Source: Felis catus
Taxonomy: Eukaryota
DNA length: 64,000 bases
Direction: 5' to 3'
NCBI RefSeq assembly: GCF_018350175.1
Contig: NC_058368.1
Coordinates: forward strand, 188,916,001-188,980,000
A program made the position numbers and the translations under genes. Positions 12,540-22,735 of the stretch are shown here, one piece after another (the first letter of the stretch is position 1; each line of letters opens with the position of its first letter). The notes below the pieces were generated by a model that saw only the letters and a program-made list of their open reading frames with translations, was not told the DNA's origin and did not search any database.

Positions 12540-12980
12540 CTGCTCTTTCCCTTGTTTCCTTTGCTCCAAACAAGCATTGGAGCACATTGTCTTTCCTTAT
12601 TTTCTTTCTTTTCTCTTTCTTGAATACACCAAACTTATTCCTGCCTCAGGATCTTTGCACTTACTAATTCCATCTTCCTAGGAAATTCTGCCACTTCATT
12701 GAATAGCTGGCTACTTCTTTAACTCAGATTTCAGCTAAAACATCACCTCCTCAGAGACGCCTTCCTTAATCACCCAATCAAAAATAGATCTCACCTAGGT
12801 ATCGTTCCATCCGCATTGTATTTTATTCTTGGAACTTTTCACATTCAGAAATTTTCTTTTATTGTTTACTTACTGTTGGAAAACCCCTTTCTGTCCCTGA
12901 TAAGCACTCAGTTCTTGGTACATTGCTGCTTCTTTAGTATACAGAATAATGCCTGGAGTATAGTAGGCACACAACTTACT
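12540..12980 (+). mobile_element. L2 3' fragment (inserted within a MIR)
   Basis: ttcttgaatacaccaa..ttcctgcctcagga..tttgcact...tcagctaaaacatcacctcctcagagacgccttcct...tgcctggagtatagtaggcac. Confidence 0.7.
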
Positions 12981-14394
12981 CCTATGATTAAGTGACTTAT
13001 ATAAGGTTACAAACTGGTAAGTGATGGAGTTGCAGTTCACATTCAGGACTCTCTGACCCCAGAATCTGAGCTGTTGACTAATATGCTATTTTCTCGCTCC
13101 CAATTTTCACATCCTTGTGTCATAGAGTCATTAGTAGAGAACATACATGGCAATTCTGTATGTTTTGGCTCACTGCTACTTAAAATAGCCAGTGGGAACA
13201 CATAAATGGAGAGCACCTGTTAAATGCCAATGACACCATCAAGAGTCATCAAAGGTATCCTGATCCACAGAGAGGGGAACAAGATTCAGGTCACTGAGGA
13301 GCTTTTATGTGAGCATGTGTCACAGTTCAGGAGACAGAAGCTGAGTTTAGTGTCCAAAGGTCCAAATTAGTTTAATGTAAGTATCTGAGGATTTAGAAGT
13401 GTCTGCGCTTGTCTTACTGTTAAAATAGGAGATATTTTTGCCTTGAGCCTTAAAGAGTAGATTTAATTCAGTTACTCACTCCCATTCTCCTGCAGTTCTG
13501 CTCTGCTACATCCTGTAGGTTCATGCGTCCTCCATAATTTTTAATGAGTTATTTGGGATCTTTCAACCAGATAGAAACTGGCAATCAGGCAGGTTTCGGA
13601 AATGATCTCATTCCATATCAGTCAAGGATATTTTAAAGGACAAAGTTAATGAAGACCTAACTCCTAACTGCCACAGACCATTTTTATGTATATAATACTT
13701 AAAGTGTAGTCAATCACTTAGACCCCAGAGATGTATACTGGAAGATACCAGCAGACTCAGGAGAGAAAGGACTTAGGCCAGGAGTTTGTATTGAGAGTCC
13801 AGAGGCTGTTGCGGGTAAGAACTGGACCTGGAGTCTGAAACTTTCCCTTCAGGTTTGCCTCTGCTCTTAATTTGTCTTAAGACCTTGAGGATGCTTTTAA
13901 ACTTCTTGGAGTCAGTTTTCCAAGCCTTAAAAAGACATGTTGGACAAATATGCAGTGTCATAACTACTGAGAATTTCTTTTATCATTTTCTCCTATGAAT
14001 CTCATGTGACAACCTATTTTTTTATCCTAATGGCATTTATTAAGAATCACATTCCATTTTAAAATTATTTGAAGCCATGTGACTCCATCAATTCAGAGTT
14101 CTTTCATGGGCATGAGATAACCAGTGTTTCCACATGCACATGATTTGATCCTGTATTGACAAAGGAAAATTACTGAATGTATACTATCTACTGATAGCAT
14201 GCTATCTTCCTATGGGTGAATTTAGGATTCCCTCTCTGCAGTGTTGTTCCTGTTACTATTTTTGAAAACTCTTAGTTGGAAGTTACTAGATTGGCTGATT
14301 TCTTGGGTCTTTTGAGGAGTCTGTAAAGGGTGTTTCAGCAGGCAGGTAGAGTAGAGATTGTGGGCTGTGTAGGGTTGGGAGTAGAAGTTTGATG

Positions 14395-14579
14395 ATATAG
14401 ACTTCATTTTGCAGAGTAGTTTTAGTTTTAGAGAAAAATGAGGGGGAAGTATAGTAAGTTTCCAAAGACTCCCTCAATTCTTCTCCCCCATTTCCCCTAT
14501 TATTATTATTAATATTTATTTATTTTTGAGAGAAAGAAAGCACACATGCATGCCCATATGCATGCATTTAAGTGGGAAA

Positions 14580-14619
<40 letters not shown>

Positions 14620-15207
14620 CCAAAGCGGGCTCTGTGCTGACAGCAGAGAACCCAGTGTGGGGCTTGAACCTGTGAACTATGAGACCATGACCTGAGCTGA
14701 AGTTGGATACTTAACTGATGAGCAAACCGATGTTCCCCCTATTTCTGCTATTATTAATATCTTTCATTAGTCTAATACTTTATTACAATTGATATGCCAT
14801 ATTGACACATTATTGTAACATAGTATAAAGTTTATGGTTTATACTATTGTTGATTTTTATGTTATGTATTTTATGGGTTTGGACAAATGCATGATATTAT
14901 GTAGAATGGTTTCACTACCCTAAAAATCCCCTATTCTCCACCTATTTATCCCTCCCTACCCCCAAACCCCTGACAACCATTAATCTTTTTGCTATCTCCG
15001 TAGTTTTACCTTTTCCAGAATGTCATGTAGTTGGAATCATATAGTATATAGGCTTTCCAGATTGGCTTCTTTCATTTAGCACTATGTATTTAAAATTCCA
15101 TGTCTTTTCATGATTTGATAGCTCATTTCTTTTTATTGCTGTATAATATTCCTTTCTATGGATTACCAGTTTGCATATCCATTCACCTATAAAAGGACAT
15201 CTTGATT
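14395..15207 (-). mobile_element. Old L1M (L1MC/MB-like) 3' region, interrupted by a SINE
   Basis: ccttttccagaatgtcatgtagttggaatcatatagtat...gattggcttctttcatttagca...atccattcacct. ORF 15023..15334 carries a degenerate L1 ORF2 C-terminal motif (EWI..EYYTAIKRNEL). Confidence 0.8.
14505..14738 (-). mobile_element. CAN-SINE (older subfamily)
   Basis: T-rich tail, (GA)n, ggctctgtgctgacagcagag, ggggcttgaac, catgacctgagctgaagt. TSD is degenerate. Confidence 0.88.
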
Positions 15208-15673
15208 GATGATGCCTTTTATTTAGCTGGGTTTTTATTGATATAATTATAGACTCACATGTAGATGCATGAAATAATACAGAGTGATCCCATGTGTACC
15301 CTTTACCCAGTACCACAATAGTAATACTTTGCAAAACTATAGTACAACATTATATAGTACTATACCATATTCATATAGGATATGAACATTGACAAATCCA
15401 CCACCTTACTCAAATTTCTCTAGTTTTACTTGTAGTCATTTGCATATGGGTATGCTTTTCATTTTGTAAAATTTTATCATGTAAGGTCTGTGTATCTACC
15501 ACCACAGTAAAGATATTGGGCATTGTCATCACTACAAGGGTCCTTTCTATTATATTTTTGTAGTAGCTACATCTACCTTCCCTCTGTCCCTAACCCTTGG
15601 CAAACACTAATCTGCTCTCTATTTCTAAAACCTTTTAATTTCAGAATTATGTTAAGTAAATGGAATGATGCAG

Positions 15674-16325
15674 TGTATTTGTTTTCTATGACCGCCATAA
15701 CAGAATACCACAGACTGGGTGGCTTAAAAATGGATATTTATTTTCTCACAGTTCTGGAGTCTGGAAGTCCAAGATCAAGGTGTCAGTGGGTTTGGTTTCC
15801 TCTAAGACCTTTGTCTTTGGCTTGTAGATAGCCACCCTCTTGCTGTGTTCTCACACAGTCTTTCCCCTTTGCCAGCACACCTTGGTGTCTCTTTGTGTGA
15901 CCAAATTTCACCTTCTTAGGACGCTAGTCAGATGAGATTAGGGCCCACTCTAAGGGATTTACTTTAACTTAATCATTTCTTTAAAGACCCTGTCTCCACG
16001 GGCGCCTGGGTGGCGCAGTGGGTTAAGCGTCCGACTTCAGCCAGGTCACGATCTCGCGGTCCGTGGGTTCGAGCCCCACGTCGGGCTCTGGGCTGATGGC
16101 TCAGAGCCTGGAGCCTGTTTCTGATTCTGTGTCTCCCTCTCTCTCTGCCCCTCGCCCGTTCATGCTCTGTCTCTCTCTGTCCCAAAAATAAATAAAAAAC
16201 GTTGAAAAAAAATTAAAAAAAAAAAAAGACCCTGTCTCCAAATACAGTCACATCCTGAGGTACTGAGGATTAGATATTCAACATGTAAATTTTGAGGGGC
16301 TGTGGGGGGAAATAAGTCTGTAATA
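15674..16325 (-). mobile_element. ERVL-MaLR solo LTR (MLT1B/C-like) containing a SINE
   Basis: tgtatttgttttcta..gccataacagaataccacagactgggtggctta...ctcacagttctggagtctggaagtccaagatcaaggtgtcag...aaatacagtcacatcctgaggtactg. 5-bp TSD TGCAG/TTCAG. Confidence 0.85.
15999..16224 (+). mobile_element. Young felid CAN-SINE (SINEC_Fc-like)
   Basis: GGGCGCCTGGGTGGCGCAG head, A/B boxes, many intact CpGs, (CT)n, AATAAA and A-tail. Perfect 16-bp TSD AAAGACCCTGTCTCCA at 15983-15998 and 16225-16240. Confidence 0.97.
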
Positions 16326-17801
16326 TTCAGTATGTAATCTTTCGGTACTGGCTTTTTTCATTCAGCGTAATTCTCTTGAAATTCATCCAGGTGTGTCAAT
16401 ACTTTGTTTCTTTTTATTACTGAGTATTAGCCAATGGAATATTGCTTAATGCCTTTCTATTCCATGTACTTGAAGCCTGTGCATATAATGCTTTATATTA
16501 GGGGCCCGAATTAATGCAAACATAGAATAAGTTAAACAAAAAGGTAAGAAAGCCATGTAACAGACCAACTTTAGCACCAATGCCCTTACACTGGGTTACC
16601 ATATATCAGCTTTGAAAACCAAGAATTGTAATTTTATAATCATTCAAAATTAATTTGTTTAAGTAGTTACTTTTTGGAGGGAGGTACTTACTACTAAAAT
16701 ATTCTAAATTTAAGCATTGAAAATATTTTTATGATCTAATCTTTCTCTTGATTCCATATTTGTTTTGGAAGTGTTTAAAAATACAGATTTCAACTCTTTT
16801 GGTTGCTTTTGTCATAAATCCTTCTTCTCCATGAACTGCTACTTTTGTTAATGTGATCTTCCACCCATGACTGGATTTCAGCTGCTTTTGTCTTTTTGAA
16901 AATCTGCTCATGAGACAGAGATTATGGTTCACGAATCTTAGATAATTTAGTTGGGACACACAAGGTCTCCTGCCTGATATGCAGAAAACAGGGGCAGCCT
17001 GAAGAATGATAGCAGGAAATACCAATAACAAAACTCCCAGAGAACCCCTGATTCATATGAAACTAGACTGAATTGATGTCTAGTTTATAGATTATTTTCA
17101 AAGCCATAAGATTTTGTTTGGTTTCAAGCCTAGAATATAATAAGCTAAGATGCCAATGGGTTCTAGACAGTAAAATTATATAAACCAGTGAAATTTGCAA
17201 TTCACACGAGGCCTAAATGATATAATTATATGTTGTGGGAACAAAGGTCTTTAAAATTGTACGATTTCACTGTTAGACTGATAAAGCAGTGAACATATTA
17301 GAGATAGTTTCTGTATCCTTTTATTTAAAATAACAGTTTATACTGGGTCTTCTTTAGGCTTCAGATGATCAGCCCAACACATTATCTTGAACTTTTTGTG
17401 GAGTATCACCAACAAAGCAACAACTACACTACTACTGCCACTAACATTTTTTGAGTGCTCAGTAGGAGCCAGGAGCCATGCTGGCCACTTTAAATAATGG
17501 AAGCCTCACAGAATCAGGGACTGTTATTATTTTTTCCTCTTGAGAGGCAGGAACACTGTGGCTTAGGGTTAAGTTAACCTGGCCAGAGTCACATCACCTA
17601 GGAAAGATAGGGAGTCCAGCATCATAAATTTTGTATTGAATTTTTTCCAATTCTAAATTGAGAGGGTAAAATTGTAAAAATAACAACGTTTAGGGATATC
17701 TAGTTCCTGGATAAAACAGAGGAGATTCTGAGCCACTGAAATGAGCCAAGATGTTAATGTAAAATCTCCAAAGTCCATGGGTACCTGCAGATTTCTCTTG
17801 G

Positions 17802-17858
17802 TTTTTGTTTGTCTGTTTGTTTGTTTGTTTTTGTTTGTTTGTTTGTTTTTTGTTTTTT
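17802..17858 (+). repeat. (TTTG)n microsatellite
   Basis: Direct read. Confidence 0.9.
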
Positions 17859-18132
17859 AATCCCCTCATGCTTAGAGCCCTCACCTGGGGGGCTGAACCC
17901 AAATAGAAGGTACCATGGAACACACTGGGTGTTCATCAGTACATCTATGGATTGCTATATTAGAAACCTATCCCCTAAATAGAAAATTAATTCTAAAAAA
18001 TATAGTGATAAAAATATACTTGTACATAACCTTAAACATGTCCGCTTAGACTAATACCTATTTTAGGAGACATAACTCGGACATCCTCACGAATAAATTG
18101 GAACAATTTATTTCAAAACCATTCTACAGGAG

Positions 18133-18327
18133 CACAGCCCAATAGAACATTCTGCAACAATGGAAATGGTCTATATCTGTCCTGTCCAATAGTAGACTCT
18201 AGCTGCATGTGGCTACTAACCACTTGAAATGTAGCTATGGAGACTCAGAAACAATGGAATTTAACATTTTACTTAATTAGTTTAAATTTAAATAGCTACA
18301 TGTGTAGTTACTGTATTGGAAAGTACA
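18133..18327. mobile_element. hAT-Charlie MER3-like
   Basis: ccaatagaacattctgcaacaatggaaatg.tctatatctg...cacttgaaatgtagcta...aaatagctacatgtg..gttactgtattgga. Confidence 0.8.
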
Positions 18328-19740
18328 ATTCTAAAAAGTAAAGACTTATTTATAACACATACCATAAAAATTTAAATATACCTGTTCCTCATATTCCCTT
18401 CATTTCTTTCCCTGGGTAGGAGAGTGAGGAAGGGGTTAGAGAGGGAAGTGTTGAGTCCAAATGTAAAATCATTTTCCATGTTTACCTGTCCCAAATTCAA
18501 GCTGTGTTTTGTTGACAAAATTTGGGAAGGTTGAAGAGTTGGCAGGCCTGTCTGTCCCCTTGCCTGCATGAATGTGTCAGCACCTCATTAATCTTGTGTT
18601 AAACTGTGAAGGCCCTTTCCTTCCCACTATGGGCCTGTTTTTAAAGGACACTTCAGTGCCCCCTCTGCATCTCACAGATTTTTAAAAAATTTACAAGTTC
18701 TGTAGATTAATTTCAGCTTATGTTTTATTTAAAGATATCTTCATCATTCACAAATTGGAATGAGAGAAATTATTTTGGGAAGCGGGAAGTTAAAATGTAC
18801 TGTCGTGAGTTTTTGAGGAACATATTAGGTGTTTATTTTCTAGAAATTAAACGCATGAGGATTCTGTTTTATCCTTCTCCAATTTGAACTGAAACTTCAG
18901 TGAAATGATTCTGTCACACAGTGGTCTTGGTGATCCTTCTTTTGCAAAGAAAAAAAAACACATAGAGTGTGGTTGTTGTTGTGTTTTTTTTTTAACTTAA
19001 CCGTTTTTGTCATTTTTGTTCAATGTAAGAACTAGATGACAACATCTTTAAACGATACTGAATATTTTAAGCCTAAGCCTGTAGCATTTTGTCTTACAGG
19101 TGCATGGTAAATTGTCATTGCTTTTTTTTTTTTTTCCTCTCTCAAGACAGACGTCTAGAATAACAACTTTCTGTATTTCCTGACACTGGAAACAGATACC
19201 GTTTGGGATTCCTTTTATAGTTTCTTCAGCTAACGACTCCAGTGACCACTCAATTGTGGTCTCGTAGTAAATCAAAAATTCTTTGAAAGACCCAGCTCTG
19301 TTATATAATTATAAATGTCCCACCTCCCTAACTAAAAAGAAAGTGAGTTTCTCTTGCCTTAAATAATATGGACTCTACGTTGGCACATAATACTTTTTGA
19401 AAATAAAAGAATGGACCACTTTCTTCTCTTTCTCCTCCTCCTCCTTTTAAACTACCCTACAATTGATGAGGCATACACATAATCTTCAGGCTGTGTCAGA
19501 TCTGGTTGGTCAATCATGAAGAAAGAGAAAAACCACTTTGCAAACTGCTGCTTCAAGTGTACGCAGTCCTCCCATGAATGACTTGCCCTAGTTGGAATTT
19601 TGGTTTTCACAATTACTGAGGCCAAAACCCTGAGTCCCGGAATGGACTCTCAATTGTTTACTTTGTAGTTTAATAAAATGGAATTAAAAAATAAAATCAG
19701 GGGAAGATCTAGGTCTGGCCAGGAGTCAAGAAGAGGACCA

Positions 19741-20310
19741 TGAGAGAGGGCCTCGTGGGAGGACCCCCAGAAGCCCTGTCCTTCAGTCATCCCTGGGAGA
19801 CCCCAGGGTGGAATGACCACGTGTGTTGTTTCCTGACTTCCTCATCCGGGTCAGAACGACACTAGGGGCTTGATTTAAGGAGCAGGGCCTGGCGTCTACA
19901 GAACGGAGGGCGTGGAAGAAAAAAACGAACGAAAACTAATAACCAGGTTAAGGCAAATCAGATCAAGTCCAACCAACTCCACGGTACTATTGGGAGCAGC
20001 GTGTTCGCAGCCTGCATTTCACTGCCATCTTTGAGGCTGCGAGAAGGGGACTCCGCCATGTTTTCCCCAGTTGCGTTTAGGTCAAAGACGGCAACAGTGG
20101 AACTTTCAAGTATGGTTGGCGTCGGTGGGGTTGGGGGGCACTCCGCTAGGCTGGGCAGACAACAGGCAGGCTTCGGCCAAGACCCAGCGTCTTGCCCTCT
20201 GCTCAAGTCACGGGAGGAAACAGCGGCGTTGCACCAGACTCTAGAAGTCGGCGAAAAGGCTTCCTCAGAAACTGGGGCCTCAGTGTGTGCCAATCCTTGT
20301 AAAGCGTTTC
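19741..20310. promoter_or_regulatory. CpG-rich intronic candidate regulatory element
   Basis: About 27 CpG in 570 bp by manual count, against a CpG-depleted background. Motifs: CACGTG (19818-23), ACTTCCTC (19836-43), CCGCCATGTT (20053-62). Confidence 0.55.
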
Positions 20311-20329
20311 ACCTCTTCAGAGGCTAATG

Positions 20330-20830
20330 CCTCTCAAAACCAAGAACAATTAAAGCGAGAGTCTTTCCAAGCAACTGGGGAATTGAGCAAAATAAATCAG
20401 AAATCCTCAGCCTCGGCTCTGGAGGTTCGCCTCATTATGAGAGCAGATCTATTAGCCCTCTTGCCTTTGTCTTTCATTTCTCAAGTGAGGTGATTCTAAT
20501 TAAATTAATCTGCATGTCAATCTATCGGTGATCAATCAAAGAGCCTGAGGTCCCCCCTATGCTGCAGGGTGCTTGCGGCTGACAGGGGCTGATAATGGAG
20601 GAAGAAATAAACTGTCGAGGAAAGTTAATTAGTCAACATAATAGGTGGATTAAACGGGAGCTGGCTGATTGCTGTTTCCCATGTCAAAGCATGAGGTGGG
20701 AGCTGAAGCTGCAATTACAGACAATTATTATATTTGGTTGTAAGAGGTCGCATGAATAAACATATCTCTGTGGGTTTCAGTTTTAATCCTCTTCCCCATT
20801 TAATATAAGGAGAAGTGTAGGTCATTTTTT
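20330..20830. promoter_or_regulatory. Candidate conserved non-coding element / developmental enhancer
   Basis: Repeat-free block dense in TAAT/TAATTA, TGACAG/TGTCAA and ATCAAAG motifs, with CpGs retained. Confidence 0.55.
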
Positions 20831-21246
20831 TCTCATTGTTTTAGTCAAAGTTCTCCGAGAAAACACCTTTGCCTGTGTCCCTTCTGGCAAACTGGGTTCA
20901 GAGTCAGTTATGAGATGGCCAGGGTACCTGAATTACATCTTGGGCCAAAGGCACCATTTCTTTTTCTTGTTTTGTTTTGTTGTGTTTTGTTTGCTTGTTT
21001 TTGGCTTCGAAACACAGATCTAAGACCCTTCATTACCAATGATCTTTTGGGGAGGGATTGTGCTGTTGGTGGTAATGGGGGTGAGGGTGGGGGAGGGGGA
21101 AGGAAGTTTGGTCTGATTAATCGAAGTAATGTGGGAAGAAAAAAGTACAAGAAACACCAGAAAGACGCCCAGGAGGGAAAGCTGCATCCCAGGTCTCACT
21201 GAAACCTCTCTTTTTCATTTCTCTATCCTCTTAACCCTGACACAGT

Positions 21247-21265
21247 GGGGGGGGGGGGGGGGGGG
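21247..21265 (+). repeat. Poly-G (G19) tract
   Basis: Direct read. Confidence 0.9.
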
Positions 21266-21664
21266 ATATTTTAAAGATTCAAAAGATTTTTATTTGCATG
21301 ATCAACTGTGATATCTGCTTCAGTGTCTAAACTGAAGGGTAATTTAGGTGAAACACAACCACCGTTGTGTAAAAAAATATGCTAATAAAGATCCTCTTGT
21401 TAAAATTATGGTTAACAGTGTACCTTCTGCTGTATAACTATAAACTGTGCAATTTTACTTAAAACTGCATCAAAAGCGTTCCATGCCAAAGACCCACTCA
21501 TCAATAGCTCCTCTTGTTAGACTTGTACAGCATAAGCACCAGTTATTATGTGAAATAGCTATGCAATTTTCTTCAGCTCCCAGCTGTTATTTATTTAACT
21601 TGAGTTTATTACCCTCCATGCTTTTATATTAAAATGTTCATTCATTTCTCTCTTCTGTCTCCAG

Positions 21665-21806
21665 GTCGTGGTGTCTACGACAGTCAATGTGGATGGCCAT
21701 GTCCTGGCAGTCTCTGATAACATGTTTGTCCATAATAACTCTAAGCATGGGCGGAGGGCTCGGAGGCTTGACCCCTCGGAAGGTACGCCCTCTTATCTGG
21801 AACATG
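21665..21806 (+). CDS. EBF1: EBF1 coding exon (human exon 8 equivalent, 142 nt): [47 protein letters not shown](A)
   Basis: Polypyrimidine tract tttctctcttctgtctccAG (AG at 21663-21664) and donor CATG|GTAGGC at 21807. Overlaps ORF 21668..21904. The phase-0 start matches the previous exon end. Confidence 0.97.
21783..21806 (+). other. EBF1: Alternatively spliced 24-nt segment (GTPSYLEH) between two in-frame 5' donors
   Basis: GAAG|GTACGC at 21782/21783 and CATG|GTAGGC at 21806/21807, both phase 1. Matches the known +/-8 aa Olf-1/EBF isoforms. Confidence 0.85.
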
Positions 21807-22562
21807 GTAGGCAAATCATTTTCATTGGTTGGCATTGCTACTTTAACTGTGAATCTATTTGGTTTCTTTCTTCCAACTCCACCACATTTTCTACTCTGTT
21901 TTGAATTTCAAATGTTCTATTGAACGTTATTGATACTAAGTATTGAAAGACAGGAAGACATCTTGGAGGCCCAGCCTTTCTTGTTGCACATCTCTCTACC
22001 CTGGAAATGGCTGATGCATCTTTCCTTCAGGTTGAGAGAGACCTGGGTCTCCAGGGAGACCTGGACCACTGCTTTATTTTCGGCTCCCACTTGACTGAAA
22101 AATAAAGGAAGGCCAAAGGAACGTCATAAATATTGTGATACATTTTGGGTTTATAACTGACTTGGTTGTTTAATGAACTCCACCATCTTTACAATCCTGC
22201 TGGTGTACCTCTGTAACTTCATATTGAACCTCATTTGGAGATAATGTCCAAAATCTAGGTCAGAGGCATTTTCTGAATTTGAAGCCCAAACTAAATGTCC
22301 CTCCTGTGCCTCGTGCATAATCTTCCCCTCATCAGCACATAATAGAGCCTGCTTTCTGTAGGTGGACTTTGTTTAGGTGAAATCACATTTGTCTTGAATT
22401 TGTGGCTAATCAGTGGTAGCTTTGAGAGGACTGGAGGAAACCAGATAAAAATTTGAATCAAGGAAAGTGAATACCACTCAAAGGAACCACGGGCTAGATT
22501 GAATGTACATCTGAATGTTTCTGTACTACACGTATATGTAATGTATTCTTCCTTCTGTCTGC

Positions 22563-22735
22563 TCATCCATCCATTGATAAATCCATCCACCCATCTGTTC
22601 ATCCATTTATTTATCCATCTATCCATCCTCCATCCACCCATCCATCTATTCATCATTTATCCATCCACCCATCCAACCATCCATCCAGGAAACAATGATT
22701 GAGACTCTACTCAATACCAATCACCATGCTAGAAT
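22563..22735 (-). repeat. (CCAT)n/(TCCA)n low-complexity repeat, probably an expanded L2 3' tail
   Basis: Degenerate CCAT repeats at 22563-22686, followed by aaacaatgattgagactctact...caccatgctag, which resembles a reverse-strand L2 terminus. Confidence 0.7.

Larger units (their letters stand above)
15215..16440 (-). mobile_element. Second old L1M (L1MB-like) 3' fragment split by an MLT1 LTR
   Basis: ...ggcaaacactaatctgctctctatttcta...aaatggaatgatgcag (to 15673) continues at 16326 with tcagtatgtaatcttt..actggcttttttcattcagcgtaatt. Confidence 0.72.

Noticed and set aside
15023..15831. ORFs of 103 and 102 aa
   Set aside because: They are read-throughs of degenerate L1M and MLT1 sequence, not host genes.
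15999..16085. tRNA-like A/B-box sequences here and at the other SINE heads
   Set aside because: They are tRNA-derived CAN-SINE heads with (CT)n, A-tails and TSDs, not tRNA genes.
20020..20036. Partial CTCF-like motif (reverse strand CTCAAAGATGGCAGTG)
   Set aside because: Only the AGATGGCAGTG half matches and the CCAS/CCGC 5' core is missing. It is better explained as a YY1-type site.
19958..20327. Overlapping 111-aa (-) and 108-aa (+) ORFs in the CpG-rich element
   Set aside because: Stop-codon scarcity is expected in GC-rich DNA and there is no recognisable homology. It is kept as a regulatory candidate, not a CDS.
21807..21904. Extension of ORF 21668..21904 beyond exon 8
   Set aside because: It is intronic read-through after the GT donor and has no COE similarity.
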